From Clostridia bacterium (GTDB taxonomy: Bacteria; Bacillota; Clostridia; UBA1212; DUPL01), in assembly GCA_050951325.1 (NCBI GenBank), contig JBMNIW010000008.1:192001-256000 (forward strand): a stretch of DNA of 64,000 nucleotides, written 5' to 3'. A program made the position numbers and the translations under genes. A model generated the notes under the pieces. The model saw nothing but the letters and a program-made list of their open reading frames with translations, had not been told where the DNA came from and ran no database searches. Of the stretch, positions 19,883 to 28,609 are shown piece after piece. How positions within the stretch are numbered: the first letter of the stretch is position 1; every line of letters begins with the position of its first letter.

Positions 19883-19888
19883 TTTCCT

Positions 19889-20152
19889 CTATTCCTTGTA
19901 CTCTTGTTTTGTAAATGAACTTGTTATGTCCTTTAGAGAAAGCATGTAGTCCTTTGCCATCTTCAAGGCTTCTTCCTGGGATATGCCTGCACCCACAAGC
20001 TCTTTGTAGAAGTTGCCTACCGACTGCCCCATGCTCCTTCCCGCTTCAGCAGAATACAGCGTTTCCAGAATTCCGCTTATCATTTTGGGCAGTTTCCCTG
20101 ACACTTCATCCAAAAGTTCACCAATCTCCTTTACTGGAATATCCTTTGCCAT
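19889..20152 (-). CDS. Small helical hypothetical protein
   Basis: GGAGGTGG RBS; MAKDIPVKEIGELLD...FYKELVGAGISQEEALKMAKDY. Confidence 0.8.
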   Translation of the reverse strand: MAKDIPVKEIGELLDEVSGKLPKMISGILETLYSAEAGRSMGQSVGNFYKELVGAGISQEEALKMAKDYMLSLKDITSSFTKQEYKE

Positions 20153-20164
20153 GTTTTCCACCTC

Positions 20165-20494
20165 CTATACTGTTATTGTATCAAATGCAAAACCAATTGT
20201 TTTTCTTACTATTGAAAAAGAATCTTTCACTGTTTTGATTGCATCAAAGCAATAGTCAAAATATGAAGCTTTCTCTTCCACCACAATCATGTCAAACGCA
20301 GAACTCAATATATCGTCGGGAACTTCCTGAACAGACTTCTGAACCACATTCTTTATGCTTAAAAGCATCGCAACTTCTTTTCTGCACCTGTCACATTGCG
20401 CCAGATGCATAGCAACCTTAATATTCTCTTTCTGTTCAAGTCTTCTGTTTATGTAATCAACAAGCAGTGAAGACATATTATCACAAGTATCCAT
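20165..20494 (-). CDS. Zinc-binding anti-sigma factor (ZAS/zf-HC2)
   Basis: HxxxCxxC motif (HLAQCDRC); overlaps the ECF sigma gene. Confidence 0.85.
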   Translation of the reverse strand: MDTCDNMSSLLVDYINRRLEQKENIKVAMHLAQCDRCRKEVAMLLSIKNVVQKSVQEVPDDILSSAFDMIVVEEKASYFDYCFDAIKTVKDSFSIVRKTIGFAFDTITV

Positions 20495-21068
20495 AGTTCC
20501 CCTCCTCCAAACTTTTTGCCAAACCCGCCTTTATCCTGGACATTCTGCTTTTTATAGTCCCTACAGGAACATTCAGCACCTCCGAAACCTCTCCATATGT
20601 AAGCTGTGCATAGAAAACCAAAAACAAAAGTTCCTTATCTGGTGAATCAAGAGCATCAATTGCATCGCAAACAGAAAGGGAGTTATCGATTCTTCCATAG
20701 CCATTCTCTTCATCCACAAGAACATCCGCATAGTCATCAATTGGCTTGTTTTGACTTTTATACCTGGATCTGAAATAGTCGGCAATCCTTCTTTTTGTAA
20801 TTGCTATTGCCCAGGTCCTGAAGGATGACTTGCCAACAAAGCTTATCAAGCTCATCCATATGGACAGCATGGTTTCCTGCATAACATCCTTGACATCTTC
20901 CTCAATCCCTACATGATGAACAATGTAATTGTATATTACCTTGATGTGGTTTTCCATGAGTCTTTCAAAGGCATCCTTGTCACCGTTTCTTGCATTGTCC
21001 ACCAGTTGTTCTTCTAAGCAGCCATCATTAAAAAAGCCATGTTCATCCCCCCTTTTCAGCCCTCTCAA
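20481..21068 (-). CDS. ECF RNA polymerase sigma factor (true start probably ATG 21040 with a homopolymer indel at 21030-21035)
   Basis: ARNGDKDAFERL, KDVMQET, SSFRTW and VPVGTIKSRMSR motifs. AAGGGGG RBS precedes ATG 21040, which is one base out of frame. Confidence 0.9.
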   Translation of the reverse strand: MRGLKRGDEHGFFNDGCLEEQLVDNARNGDKDAFERLMENHIKVIYNYIVHHVGIEEDVKDVMQETMLSIWMSLISFVGKSSFRTWAIAITKRRIADYFRSRYKSQNKPIDDYADVLVDEENGYGRIDNSLSVCDAIDALDSPDKELLFLVFYAQLTYGEVSEVLNVPVGTIKSRMSRIKAGLAKSLEEGNYGYL

Positions 21069-21073
21069 CTATA

Positions 21074-21101
21074 TAGTCGCTAAAAAAGCAAAAAGGGTTC
21101 A
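21074..21101 (-). promoter_or_regulatory. ECF-type autoregulatory promoter
   Basis: TGAACC-N16-CGACTA directly upstream of the ECF gene; matches the AAC/CGA(C) consensus of SigW/SigX-like ECFs. Confidence 0.65.
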
Positions 21102-21311
21102 CTCATTTTCCAGCAAAACTAACGCTTTTTTGTACAGCTCGTCAAATAAACACCCGCAACTGCCACATTCTGCATCTGCCTGTCTGACAGCTTCTCTCAA
21201 TTCATCCAAATCCCCTGTCCCGTCAAGATACTTCCGGGACGGAACAGCAATCAAGTCCCATCCTGATTCAACAAACTTCACCAGAATCTTCTCTATCTCT
21301 TTATTCTTCAT
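21099..21311 (-). CDS. Small hypothetical protein with CxxCxC motif
   Basis: GGAGGTG RBS; SGWDLIA...ECGSCGCLFDELYKKAL. Confidence 0.75.
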   Translation of the reverse strand: MKNKEIEKILVKFVESGWDLIAVPSRKYLDGTGDLDELREAVRQADAECGSCGCLFDELYKKALVLLENE

Positions 21312-21506
21312 TCCTAACACCTCCATTCTACTCATTGGTATAATTATACTCCTCCAGGACTTTCATTCAATAAATATATAATTTGACAATCACCTCATAT
21401 CGTAGAATAATGCAATTAGAAGAACGTTTTTGTTAATAATAGACTCAATGGACCATCTTCAAAATCCAATAGATTAATAATATACGGAAAAGGAGTCGAT
21501 TCTGTT

Positions 21507-23543
21507 ATGAAGAAGTGGAAATGCACTGTATGTGGTTACATCCATGAAGGAGATAGTCCCCCTGTCGAATGCCCCATCTGCAAGGCACCTTCAACAGATT
21601 TTGTTCTGATGGATGAAAAACCAAAAAGATGGCGCTGCACAGTGTGCGGCTACATCCACAAAGGTGATGAAGCTCCCGATACATGCCCAATTTGCGGAGT
21701 GGAAAAGGGCAGATTTGAATTGGTAGAGGCTGCAGCAAAAGATGAGTACAAACAGCTGGATGCAGTTGGCCCAAACGGTAAAAAACTGTGGCAGTGTACA
21801 GTATGCTTGTACATCTACGAAGGAGACGAACCTCCCATCTTTTGTGCACGCTGCTGGGCTCCTCAAGAGCTCTTCGTAGATATGAAGAATCCAAAACCCA
21901 TACCTGATCCAAACAAACCTGCTACCACTGATGAAACCGAAGCTGACATTATTGTAGTCGGCACGGGTGCCGCTGCATTCAGTGCCGCCATCACTACAAG
22001 AGTTTTGGGCAATTCAGTTATTATGCTTGAAAAAAGTGGAATAATAGGCGGAACCACAAGGCGTTCAGGCGGCGGTTTCTGGACACCGATGAACCGTCAT
22101 CAGAAGTCAAAAGGGATAGAAGACAACAGGGATGATGCAATCAAGTACATGTGTCGTCTGTCATATCCACAATTGTACAACGAAGACAAGAAGAATTATG
22201 GTCTTCCAGAAAGGGAATACAGTGTCATTGAAGCATTCTGCGACAATGCAAATGCTGTTGTGGAATTTCTGGAGGAAAAAGGAGTTTTTGAGACCGTTGA
22301 GGATATCAACTGGCTAGGGAAAAATTCCGTTGACTATCAAAGCAACCTGCCTGAGAACAAGGAAATCAGGGGCAGAATTCTCTTCCCCAAAGATGATAAT
22401 GGCCAGACCGGTTTTGGAGTTGTTCTGGTCGAGAGATTCAAAAAGTATGCAAAGGAAAATGGAATACCTGTAAACACTCATCATGAAGTTACAAAAATAT
22501 TGAAAGACGAAAACGGCAAAGTATATGGAGTTGAAGCAAAACACAAAGATGTTGTAAAGACTTACCGTGCAAGAAAGGCAGTCATTTTCGGCACCGGCGG
22601 ATACACACACAACGAGGAGCTTATGAGGAATTTCCAAAGAGGTCCTGTCTACGGAGGATGTGCTTCTCCCGAGTGTTCCGGCGATTTAGTCAAAATGGCA
22701 TCAGAAGCAGGCGCAAAGATTGGCAACATGCAGGGTGCTTTCAGAGCCCAATGCCTGCTTGAGAACAAGATAGACAACCCCAAGGCTGCAAACAACTGTT
22801 TCTTCATCCCTGGAGACAGCGTGTTCATTGTCAATAAATACGGAAAAAGGGTTTTGAATGAAAAAAGAAACTACAACGACAGAGGCATGATTCACTTTGT
22901 ATGGGATCAGAACAAGGGAGAATGGACAAATCAACTCCTATTCCTTATCGCAGACAGAAGAGCGGTTGAATTTTGGGACGGATATCCGCCTTTTGCCACA
23001 TCAGGACTCGACCTTAAATACCTGATAGAAGGCAAAGATCTTGATGACCTTGCAAGCAAGATAAAAAAACGTGTAGAGAAACTCACTCCACATATCGGAA
23101 GTTTCAGAGTCGATGAAACTTTTGCCCAAGGACTTAAGGATACATTCTTGAGATTCAATGAGTTTGCAAGAAACGGCCAGGATCTTGATTTCCAAAGAGG
23201 AGACTTCGCTTACGACAGAGAGTGGGGTTCAGTACTTCCTACAAAACCAGGTATAAACTGGCCTGAAGACAAAACCAAGAACTACACCATGTATCCCCTC
23301 TCGGAAGAAGGCCCGTATTATGCAGCAATTCTGGCATCAAGTACACTGGACACCAACGGAGGTCCCGTAACCAACAAACATGGTCAAATCCTTGATTGGA
23401 ACGACAATCCGATTCCAGGTCTCTACGGTGCAGGAAACTGTATTGCAGCACCAAGTGCCAATGCATACTGGGGTGGCGGAGGAACCATAGGTCCTGCCCT
23501 GGCCTTTGGCTACCTTGCAGCAATACATGCAACAAAAGCATAA
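21507..23543 (+). CDS. Triple rubredoxin-domain FAD-dependent oxidoreductase (KstD/flavocytochrome-type FAD_binding_2)
   Basis: Three CxxC-x12-CxxC modules, then DIIVVGTGAAA, EKSGIIGGTTRRSGGG, TLDTNGGP and IPGLYGAGN. Confidence 0.85.
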   Translation: MKKWKCTVCGYIHEGDSPPVECPICKAPSTDFVLMDEKPKRWRCTVCGYIHKGDEAPDTCPICGVEKGRFELVEAAAKDEYKQLDAVGPNGKKLWQCTVCLYIYEGDEPPIFCARCWAPQELFVDMKNPKPIPDPNKPATTDETEADIIVVGTGAAAFSAAITTRVLGNSVIMLEKSGIIGGTTRRSGGGFWTPMNRHQKSKGIEDNRDDAIKYMCRLSYPQLYNEDKKNYGLPEREYSVIEAFCDNANAVVEFLEEKGVFETVEDINWLGKNSVDYQSNLPENKEIRGRILFPKDDNGQTGFGVVLVERFKKYAKENGIPVNTHHEVTKILKDENGKVYGVEAKHKDVVKTYRARKAVIFGTGGYTHNEELMRNFQRGPVYGGCASPECSGDLVKMASEAGAKIGNMQGAFRAQCLLENKIDNPKAANNCFFIPGDSVFIVNKYGKRVLNEKRNYNDRGMIHFVWDQNKGEWTNQLLFLIADRRAVEFWDGYPPFATSGLDLKYLIEGKDLDDLASKIKKRVEKLTPHIGSFRVDETFAQGLKDTFLRFNEFARNGQDLDFQRGDFAYDREWGSVLPTKPGINWPEDKTKNYTMYPLSEEGPYYAAILASSTLDTNGGPVTNKHGQILDWNDNPIPGLYGAGNCIAAPSANAYWGGGGTIGPALAFGYLAAIHATKA

Positions 23544-23544
23544 C

Positions 23545-24093
23545 CTAGCTATACCATAACTTGTTGTTCGATGTGGAAATACTGGATGCTCCAGCTTTTA
23601 ATGCATCCAGTATTTCCTTTTTGGTTTCAATAAGGCCACCTGCAATAATAGGTATATTGACACTGGCCTTGAACTTTTCAATTATCTTGGGTACAACTCC
23701 CGGCATTATCTCCATCATGTCGGGCATGAACATTTTCATTGACTCTATGGCAGTATCAAAGGAATGATTGTCGATTATAAAGAAGCGCTGAATTGTATAA
23801 AGCTTAAGCTCTCTTGCCTGCTTGAGTATATTTATCCTCGTACTTAAAATCCCGTCAACACCGCATTTTGCAATATACTCTATGCCATAGTTATCCCTTG
23901 CTACTCCTTCTATCATATCAGCATGCACAAAAACTTTTTTCCCATGCTTGTGAGCAGCATTTGCATACTCTTTCAGGTTGAATATGTTTGTCTTTAACAG
24001 AAAGATAATATTCAAATGACTCTTTACCGCCTCGTCAAAGTCTTCCCTTGTATGAATTGCAGGTATTATTGGGTTGTCTTCAAATATGTTCAT
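23545..24093 (-). CDS. glpP: Glycerol-3-phosphate-responsive antiterminator
   Basis: PIIPAI, VHADMIEG, DGILSTR, IQRFFIID, EIMPG and IIAGGLI motifs. Confidence 0.93.
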   Translation of the reverse strand: MNIFEDNPIIPAIHTREDFDEAVKSHLNIIFLLKTNIFNLKEYANAAHKHGKKVFVHADMIEGVARDNYGIEYIAKCGVDGILSTRINILKQARELKLYTIQRFFIIDNHSFDTAIESMKMFMPDMMEIMPGVVPKIIEKFKASVNIPIIAGGLIETKKEILDALKAGASSISTSNNKLWYS

Positions 24094-24102
24094 ACCATTC
24101 TC

Positions 24103-24453
24103 CTATCCGATGTTTCTAGTGGCTATTATGTTCACATCCTCGTAAACCTTCTCCAATATTATATCACCAATTCTCACAGGTGGAACACATTTTACCTTGT
24201 TAATCTTCTCCATTACCTCAAAAACCCTGTCCTTGGGCAAAGGCTTGTCCGACCTTACAGGAACCATCCTGTTATCAGTTGTTCTTATGGTAGTGGTAAG
24301 AGTCCTTTTGGGACAAATGGTCTCTTCTTCTGCATATTTGACTCCTCTTTTGCAGCCGGCCCCCTTTATCTCCTTGATCTTCCCATCTTCCATCACAACT
24401 TCAAGATTACAGCTTACAGGACATACAATGCACACAAGTTCCATAACCATCAC
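24103..24453 (-). CDS. DUF1667 CxxC protein (subunit of clostridial G3P dehydrogenase-like complex)
   Basis: CIVCPVSC ... GAGCKRG ... PKRTLTTT. Confidence 0.88.
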   Translation of the reverse strand: MMVMELVCIVCPVSCNLEVVMEDGKIKEIKGAGCKRGVKYAEEETICPKRTLTTTIRTTDNRMVPVRSDKPLPKDRVFEVMEKINKVKCVPPVRIGDIILEKVYEDVNIIATRNIG

Positions 24454-25700
24454 TCTCCAATTACCTTAAGGCTGATTTCATTGCCTTTAATATTATTCAA
24501 TACATCTTCCGCCATGGTGACATATTCCATTTCTCCGGGTTTAGTCTTCCTTCTTTTCGCTTTGTAGACAACATTTTCGCAGTCACTGACAATTATCTGA
24601 ACATTATCAAGTTCATTTTTCGTTCTGAAATATATTTTCACCTTTTCTTTGTCACTCGTAATCCTTTGAGGAACAACGTAACTTACATTATCTGATGCAG
24701 TTACAGAAATATTATTGTTCTTAACCCTCTCCCCTTTTATATATCTTGCTGCAGCTTCCCCTGCAATATATGCTTCTTCAGAGACATAATCCACAAGGTC
24801 ATGAACATGCAGAACATTTCCACAGGAAAACACCCCTTCAAGAGAAGTTTCCCTGTTTTGGTCCACAACAGCTCCTCTTGTACTTCCATCCAGCTCAATA
24901 CCCATTCCTTTTGTAAGCTCATTTTCAGGGATAAGTCCGACGGACAAAAGAAGTGTGTCACACTCTATGTACTCTTCAGTACCCGGAATTGGCCTTCTGT
25001 TTTCATCAACTTTGGAAATTGTAACTCCTTCAAGTCTATCTTTGCCGTGTATTTTTGTAACGGTATGACCAAGCTTTAAAGGAATGTTGAAATCATCAAG
25101 ACACTGAACTATATTTCTTGCAAGACCGCTGGAATAGGGCATGATTTCACAAACCGCCTTGACAGAAGCTCCTTCAAGAGTCATTCTTCTTGCCATTATA
25201 AGGCCAATGTCTCCCGACCCCAATATGACAACTTGTCTGCCAACCATAAGTCCCATCATATTAATGAACTTCTGGGCTGTACCCGCAGTGTAAATGCCGG
25301 CAGGTCTTGTCCCGGGAATATTCAAGGCTCCCCTGCTTCTTTCCCTGCATCCCATGGCAAGAATTATTGCTTTTGCCTTTATCTTTACTTCTCCTTCTTC
25401 TTCATTTACGTAAGTTATCACTTTGTCCTTTGAAATATCCACCACCATGGAGTTAAGTTTGAAAGGAATACCCAAATCCAATATCATTTTCTCATATCTC
25501 CAGGCATATTCGGGCCCTGTAAGCTCCTCCTTGAACATATGAAGACCAAAACCGTTGTGTATGCACTGCTGCAAAATACCTCCAAGGCTTTCATCCCTCT
25601 CTATAATCAGCAAATCCCTTATTCCCTTCCCATAAGCGGACACCGCTGCAGCCATGCCTGCAGGTCCTCCACCAATTATGACCAAATCCTTCGTCTGCAT
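24450..25700 (-). CDS. FAD/NAD(P)-dependent oxidoreductase (pyridine nucleotide-disulfide family)
   Basis: IIGGGPAGMAAA, GGILQQCIHNGFG, ILGSGDIGLIMARR and GNVLHVHDLVD; GGAGTG RBS before ATG 25700. Confidence 0.9.
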   Translation of the reverse strand: MQTKDLVIIGGGPAGMAAAVSAYGKGIRDLLIIERDESLGGILQQCIHNGFGLHMFKEELTGPEYAWRYEKMILDLGIPFKLNSMVVDISKDKVITYVNEEEGEVKIKAKAIILAMGCRERSRGALNIPGTRPAGIYTAGTAQKFINMMGLMVGRQVVILGSGDIGLIMARRMTLEGASVKAVCEIMPYSSGLARNIVQCLDDFNIPLKLGHTVTKIHGKDRLEGVTISKVDENRRPIPGTEEYIECDTLLLSVGLIPENELTKGMGIELDGSTRGAVVDQNRETSLEGVFSCGNVLHVHDLVDYVSEEAYIAGEAAARYIKGERVKNNNISVTASDNVSYVVPQRITSDKEKVKIYFRTKNELDNVQIIVSDCENVVYKAKRRKTKPGEMEYVTMAEDVLNNIKGNEISLKVIGE

Positions 25701-25704
25701 GTTT

Positions 25705-27090
25705 TCACTCCTTCTTCCCCACAACAATTCTTGAATCTCCGCCTGATTTTCTAACCTCGCAAACATCAATTCCGAGCTCTCTTGCCAAAATCGATACAAC
25801 ACTCGGCATGCAGAAGCCTCCCTGGCATCTTCCCATACCGCTTCTTGTTCTCCTTTTTATAGCATCCACAGTAATGGCTTTTGGGTTTGTGTGTATGGCT
25901 TCAATTATTTTCCCTTCACTAACCTTTTCACATCTGCACACCATTTTATTGTACCTGGACTTTTCTACCTGGTATATTTTTCTTGTACTTGTATAGTCCT
26001 TTTTCTCAACCAGCTCCAATCCCATGTCTTTCAGCATGTTTGATACATGCACCGCTATTGCAGGCGCTGCTGTAAGACCGGGTGAGTCTATTCCTGCAAG
26101 ATTAAGAAAATTGGGTTTTGGGGCTGTAATTAAAAAATCACCATTTTTTGTCGTAGCCCTAAGCCCGGTAAAAGAAGTTATCACACTGCCAAAAGGAATG
26201 TTCTTCACGCATTCCGCAGCACTATTAATAATCTTCTCAATACCAACCCTGGTGGTTTGGGTGTCTTCCTTGTCGTAAATATCCTCTGAAGTGGGTCCCA
26301 GAAGGATGTTGCCATCCACAGTAGGACTTACAAGCACACCCTTTCCCATTTTAGTGGGCACCTTGAATATGGTGTGCCCAACCAGGCCGCACAGCTCCTT
26401 GTCGAGAAGAAGGTACTCTCCTTTTCTTGGAGTTATCTCAAAAGAATCATCTCCAACCATCCTGGATATTTTGTCAGCATACAGTCCTGCAGCATTGATA
26501 ATGTATCTTGCCTTTATTGTGCCTTTGGTGGTTTCTACTTCAAATGCTCCGTTATCACAAGATATGTCAAGAACCCTGCTTTCAAGAAAAAGCTCCACAC
26601 CATTGTCCATAGCATGTCCCATAGCTGCAATAGTAAGCTCGTAAGGACATACAATGGCCCCTGTTTTTGCATGGAGTGCATACAATGCCTTGTCAGACAC
26701 ATTCTCTTCCAGTTCCCTTATTCTCTCCCCATTTATTATTTCCAGGCCGCCAACTCCGTTTCTAATACCTCTTTCATAAAGCTCTAAAAGAACGTCCCTC
26801 TCCTCTTCGCGAAAAGCAAGAACCATCGAGCCGTTTCTTTTGTACTTCACACCCAGTTCCTTTGTTATCTTCTCCATCATCAGCGAGCCTTCAACATTGA
26901 ATCTGGCTTTCAAAGTACCGCTTTTTGCATCAAACCCTGCATGCACTATGCCGCTGTTGGCTTTTGATGCCCCCATTGCCACATCGCTTTCCTTTTCAAT
27001 TACACATACCGACAGTTCATATCTAGACAATTCCCTTGCTGTCATTGCACCAGTAACACCAGCACCAATTATTGCAACATCATAAACCAT
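25705..27090 (-). CDS. FAD-dependent glycerol-3-phosphate dehydrogenase-like subunit with BFD-like [2Fe-2S] domain
   Basis: IIGAGVTG and ASKANSGIVHAG; C-terminal VCRCEKV ... GMGRCQGGFC. Confidence 0.9.
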   Translation of the reverse strand: MVYDVAIIGAGVTGAMTARELSRYELSVCVIEKESDVAMGASKANSGIVHAGFDAKSGTLKARFNVEGSLMMEKITKELGVKYKRNGSMVLAFREEERDVLLELYERGIRNGVGGLEIINGERIRELEENVSDKALYALHAKTGAIVCPYELTIAAMGHAMDNGVELFLESRVLDISCDNGAFEVETTKGTIKARYIINAAGLYADKISRMVGDDSFEITPRKGEYLLLDKELCGLVGHTIFKVPTKMGKGVLVSPTVDGNILLGPTSEDIYDKEDTQTTRVGIEKIINSAAECVKNIPFGSVITSFTGLRATTKNGDFLITAPKPNFLNLAGIDSPGLTAAPAIAVHVSNMLKDMGLELVEKKDYTSTRKIYQVEKSRYNKMVCRCEKVSEGKIIEAIHTNPKAITVDAIKRRTRSGMGRCQGGFCMPSVVSILARELGIDVCEVRKSGGDSRIVVGKKE

Positions 27091-27113
27091 ATGTACACCT
27101 TCCTCATGACATG

Positions 27114-27176
27114 AAAAAAAAGACACACGAAAACAAAGGCCTCGCCTTCATTTTTACGTGTGTCTCCAAATCTCTA
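27114..27176 (-). promoter_or_regulatory. GlpP-type leader attenuator (conditional terminator)
   Basis: Minus strand AGAGATTTGGAGACACACG ... CGTGTGTCTTTTTTTT, between the promoter and the first gene of an operon that ends in glpP. Confidence 0.8.
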
Positions 27177-27202
27177 CACATGCAATATTTATTTATACTT
27201 AA

Positions 27203-27231
27203 ATTATACCCGTATTCTCTCTTTCTGTCAA
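27203..27231 (-). promoter_or_regulatory. sigmaA promoter of the glp operon
   Basis: Perfect TTGACA-N17-TATAAT. Confidence 0.9.
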
Positions 27232-28073
27232 TTCGCTCTACTTTTCACGATTTCCCACACCCTGTGCATCTGAATCTCTATTTCTTCTTTAATTTTCTCA
27301 TTAATATCTGTATGCAGAACCAGCGGGATTCCGGCTCCTATCTTGTCATTGTCCCTCCCATATTCCACAGTGACAATTTCCGGTCTGCACCTATCAAGTA
27401 CAAACTCAAGAGCCTTGTAGCCTTCTTCATGTATCATCGTATGGCACATAACAGCACCAGGTATTTCAATCCACCCATTTATATGCACTTCCACGGTTTT
27501 ATCAAGAGGAAGCTTTTCCATGTACTCGTAAAAAGGCATATCGAGCCATTTTGCCGCACAAAACGCATGACTTATATCCAAAAGAAGGCCGCATCCGCTT
27601 TCATGTACAAGCCTTGAAAATACATCCGGCTTTATGAGTTCACCCCACATTACATTGTCGCAGTTTTCAATCAGGACAAACTCCAAATACTCGTACTTTT
27701 CTTTTATGTACCTTGCATTATCTACAATTGTTTCAAAAAAAGCACCAAAAGGCACACGTTCAGGTTTTTTTGACAATGCAGGATGAAAAGACAAGCCCGG
27801 GGTTTTTGTTGTTTCAACAAGCCTGTCTGCAATTCTATCATCAAAGTCTTCCTTAAGTGTGGCAGAAGACAGATCATGCGGTGCAGGATAAAGGCCATGC
27901 AGAAGAATCGGTCTTTTTTGAGCTATACGACTGCAAAGACCTTCAAAAGCATCCAGGTCCTTCATAATCTCCATTTGAAAGCCAAGAGCAGGATATTTGG
28001 AATAATCGAGATGGATTCTTCCTTCGTCAAATAGTTCTTCTGTTTCCAAATAATAGTTGCATGCAATCTTCAT
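27228..28073 (-). CDS. DUF692/MNIO (MbnB/TglH-like) TIM-barrel metalloenzyme, divergent
   Basis: LLHG, SFH, LIEN, GCGLLLDISHA, LPLDKTVEVHING, CH and VTVEYG motifs in the order expected for DUF692. Confidence 0.75.
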   Translation of the reverse strand: MKIACNYYLETEELFDEGRIHLDYSKYPALGFQMEIMKDLDAFEGLCSRIAQKRPILLHGLYPAPHDLSSATLKEDFDDRIADRLVETTKTPGLSFHPALSKKPERVPFGAFFETIVDNARYIKEKYEYLEFVLIENCDNVMWGELIKPDVFSRLVHESGCGLLLDISHAFCAAKWLDMPFYEYMEKLPLDKTVEVHINGWIEIPGAVMCHTMIHEEGYKALEFVLDRCRPEIVTVEYGRDNDKIGAGIPLVLHTDINEKIKEEIEIQMHRVWEIVKSRAN

Positions 28074-28131
28074 CTTAATCTCCTACTGTTTTTGCCAATA
28101 TTATACAATACAGCTTCTCCGATTACAAATT

Positions 28132-28307
28132 CTAAAGAACAACCCTGAGAACAAACAAATAATCCTTGACAGCAAACTGACAATTTCCATGCAGCTTCTC
28201 AACCACATGCCTTATGCTTTGCGTTCCAAGACCGTGGTTGGCGTCTTTTGCCAAAGGCAGTCCAATTCTACTTCTTGAACACAAGGGTTCTTTATGGACA
28301 AAAGAAG
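28132..28307 (-). pseudogene. C-terminal fragment of a GHKL (AgrC/LytTR-type) sensor kinase
   Basis: LLLSIKNPCVQEVE.. then, after a frame change, GLPLAKDANHGLGTQSIRHVVEKLHGNCQFAVKDYLFVLRVVL*. Confidence 0.7.
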
Positions 28308-28309
28308 CT

Positions 28310-28579
28310 AAAGAGGTTTCTTTTCACCATCATCTGGTCGTTTACGTCTTCAATGTGGTGTACCAGATTATTGCCAATAGGCTCAAAAACGCGTCAACCC
28401 AAATGCTGCATGTACTGAATAATCCGATCCCTTTCATGCCAATATACCGAGATGTCAACGTCTGCATGCTTGCGTATGTTTCTGTCAAGGAAAAGCTCAA
28501 TTGCATACCCTCCGTAAACAGCATAATGAAAACCACCACCATCAAGCAAACTAATAGCTTCTTCCAACACTTTGTCCAT
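28310..28579 (-). pseudogene. N-terminal remnant of an ANT(2'')/Lnu-like nucleotidyltransferase
   Basis: YAVYGGYAIELFL...RKHADVDI motif; in-frame TGA at 28394 where Trp is expected; homology appears to end near 28310. Confidence 0.7.
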
Positions 28580-28609
28580 TTTCCTCTCTCTCTTTCTATC
28601 AATACTCTT

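Noticed and set aside
21505-21912. Antisense Cys/His-rich ORF over the rubredoxin repeats
   Set aside because: Shadow of the plus-strand gene with no RBS or independent motif.
27072-27617. 181-aa plus-strand ORF spanning the glp leader
   Set aside because: It overlaps a clear promoter, an attenuator and the DUF692 gene on the opposite strand, and has no protein-like motifs.
28394-28396. In-frame TGA as evidence of genetic code 4/25 or selenocysteine
   Set aside because: Many intact genes here end in TGA and use TGG for Trp, and this gene is truncated anyway.
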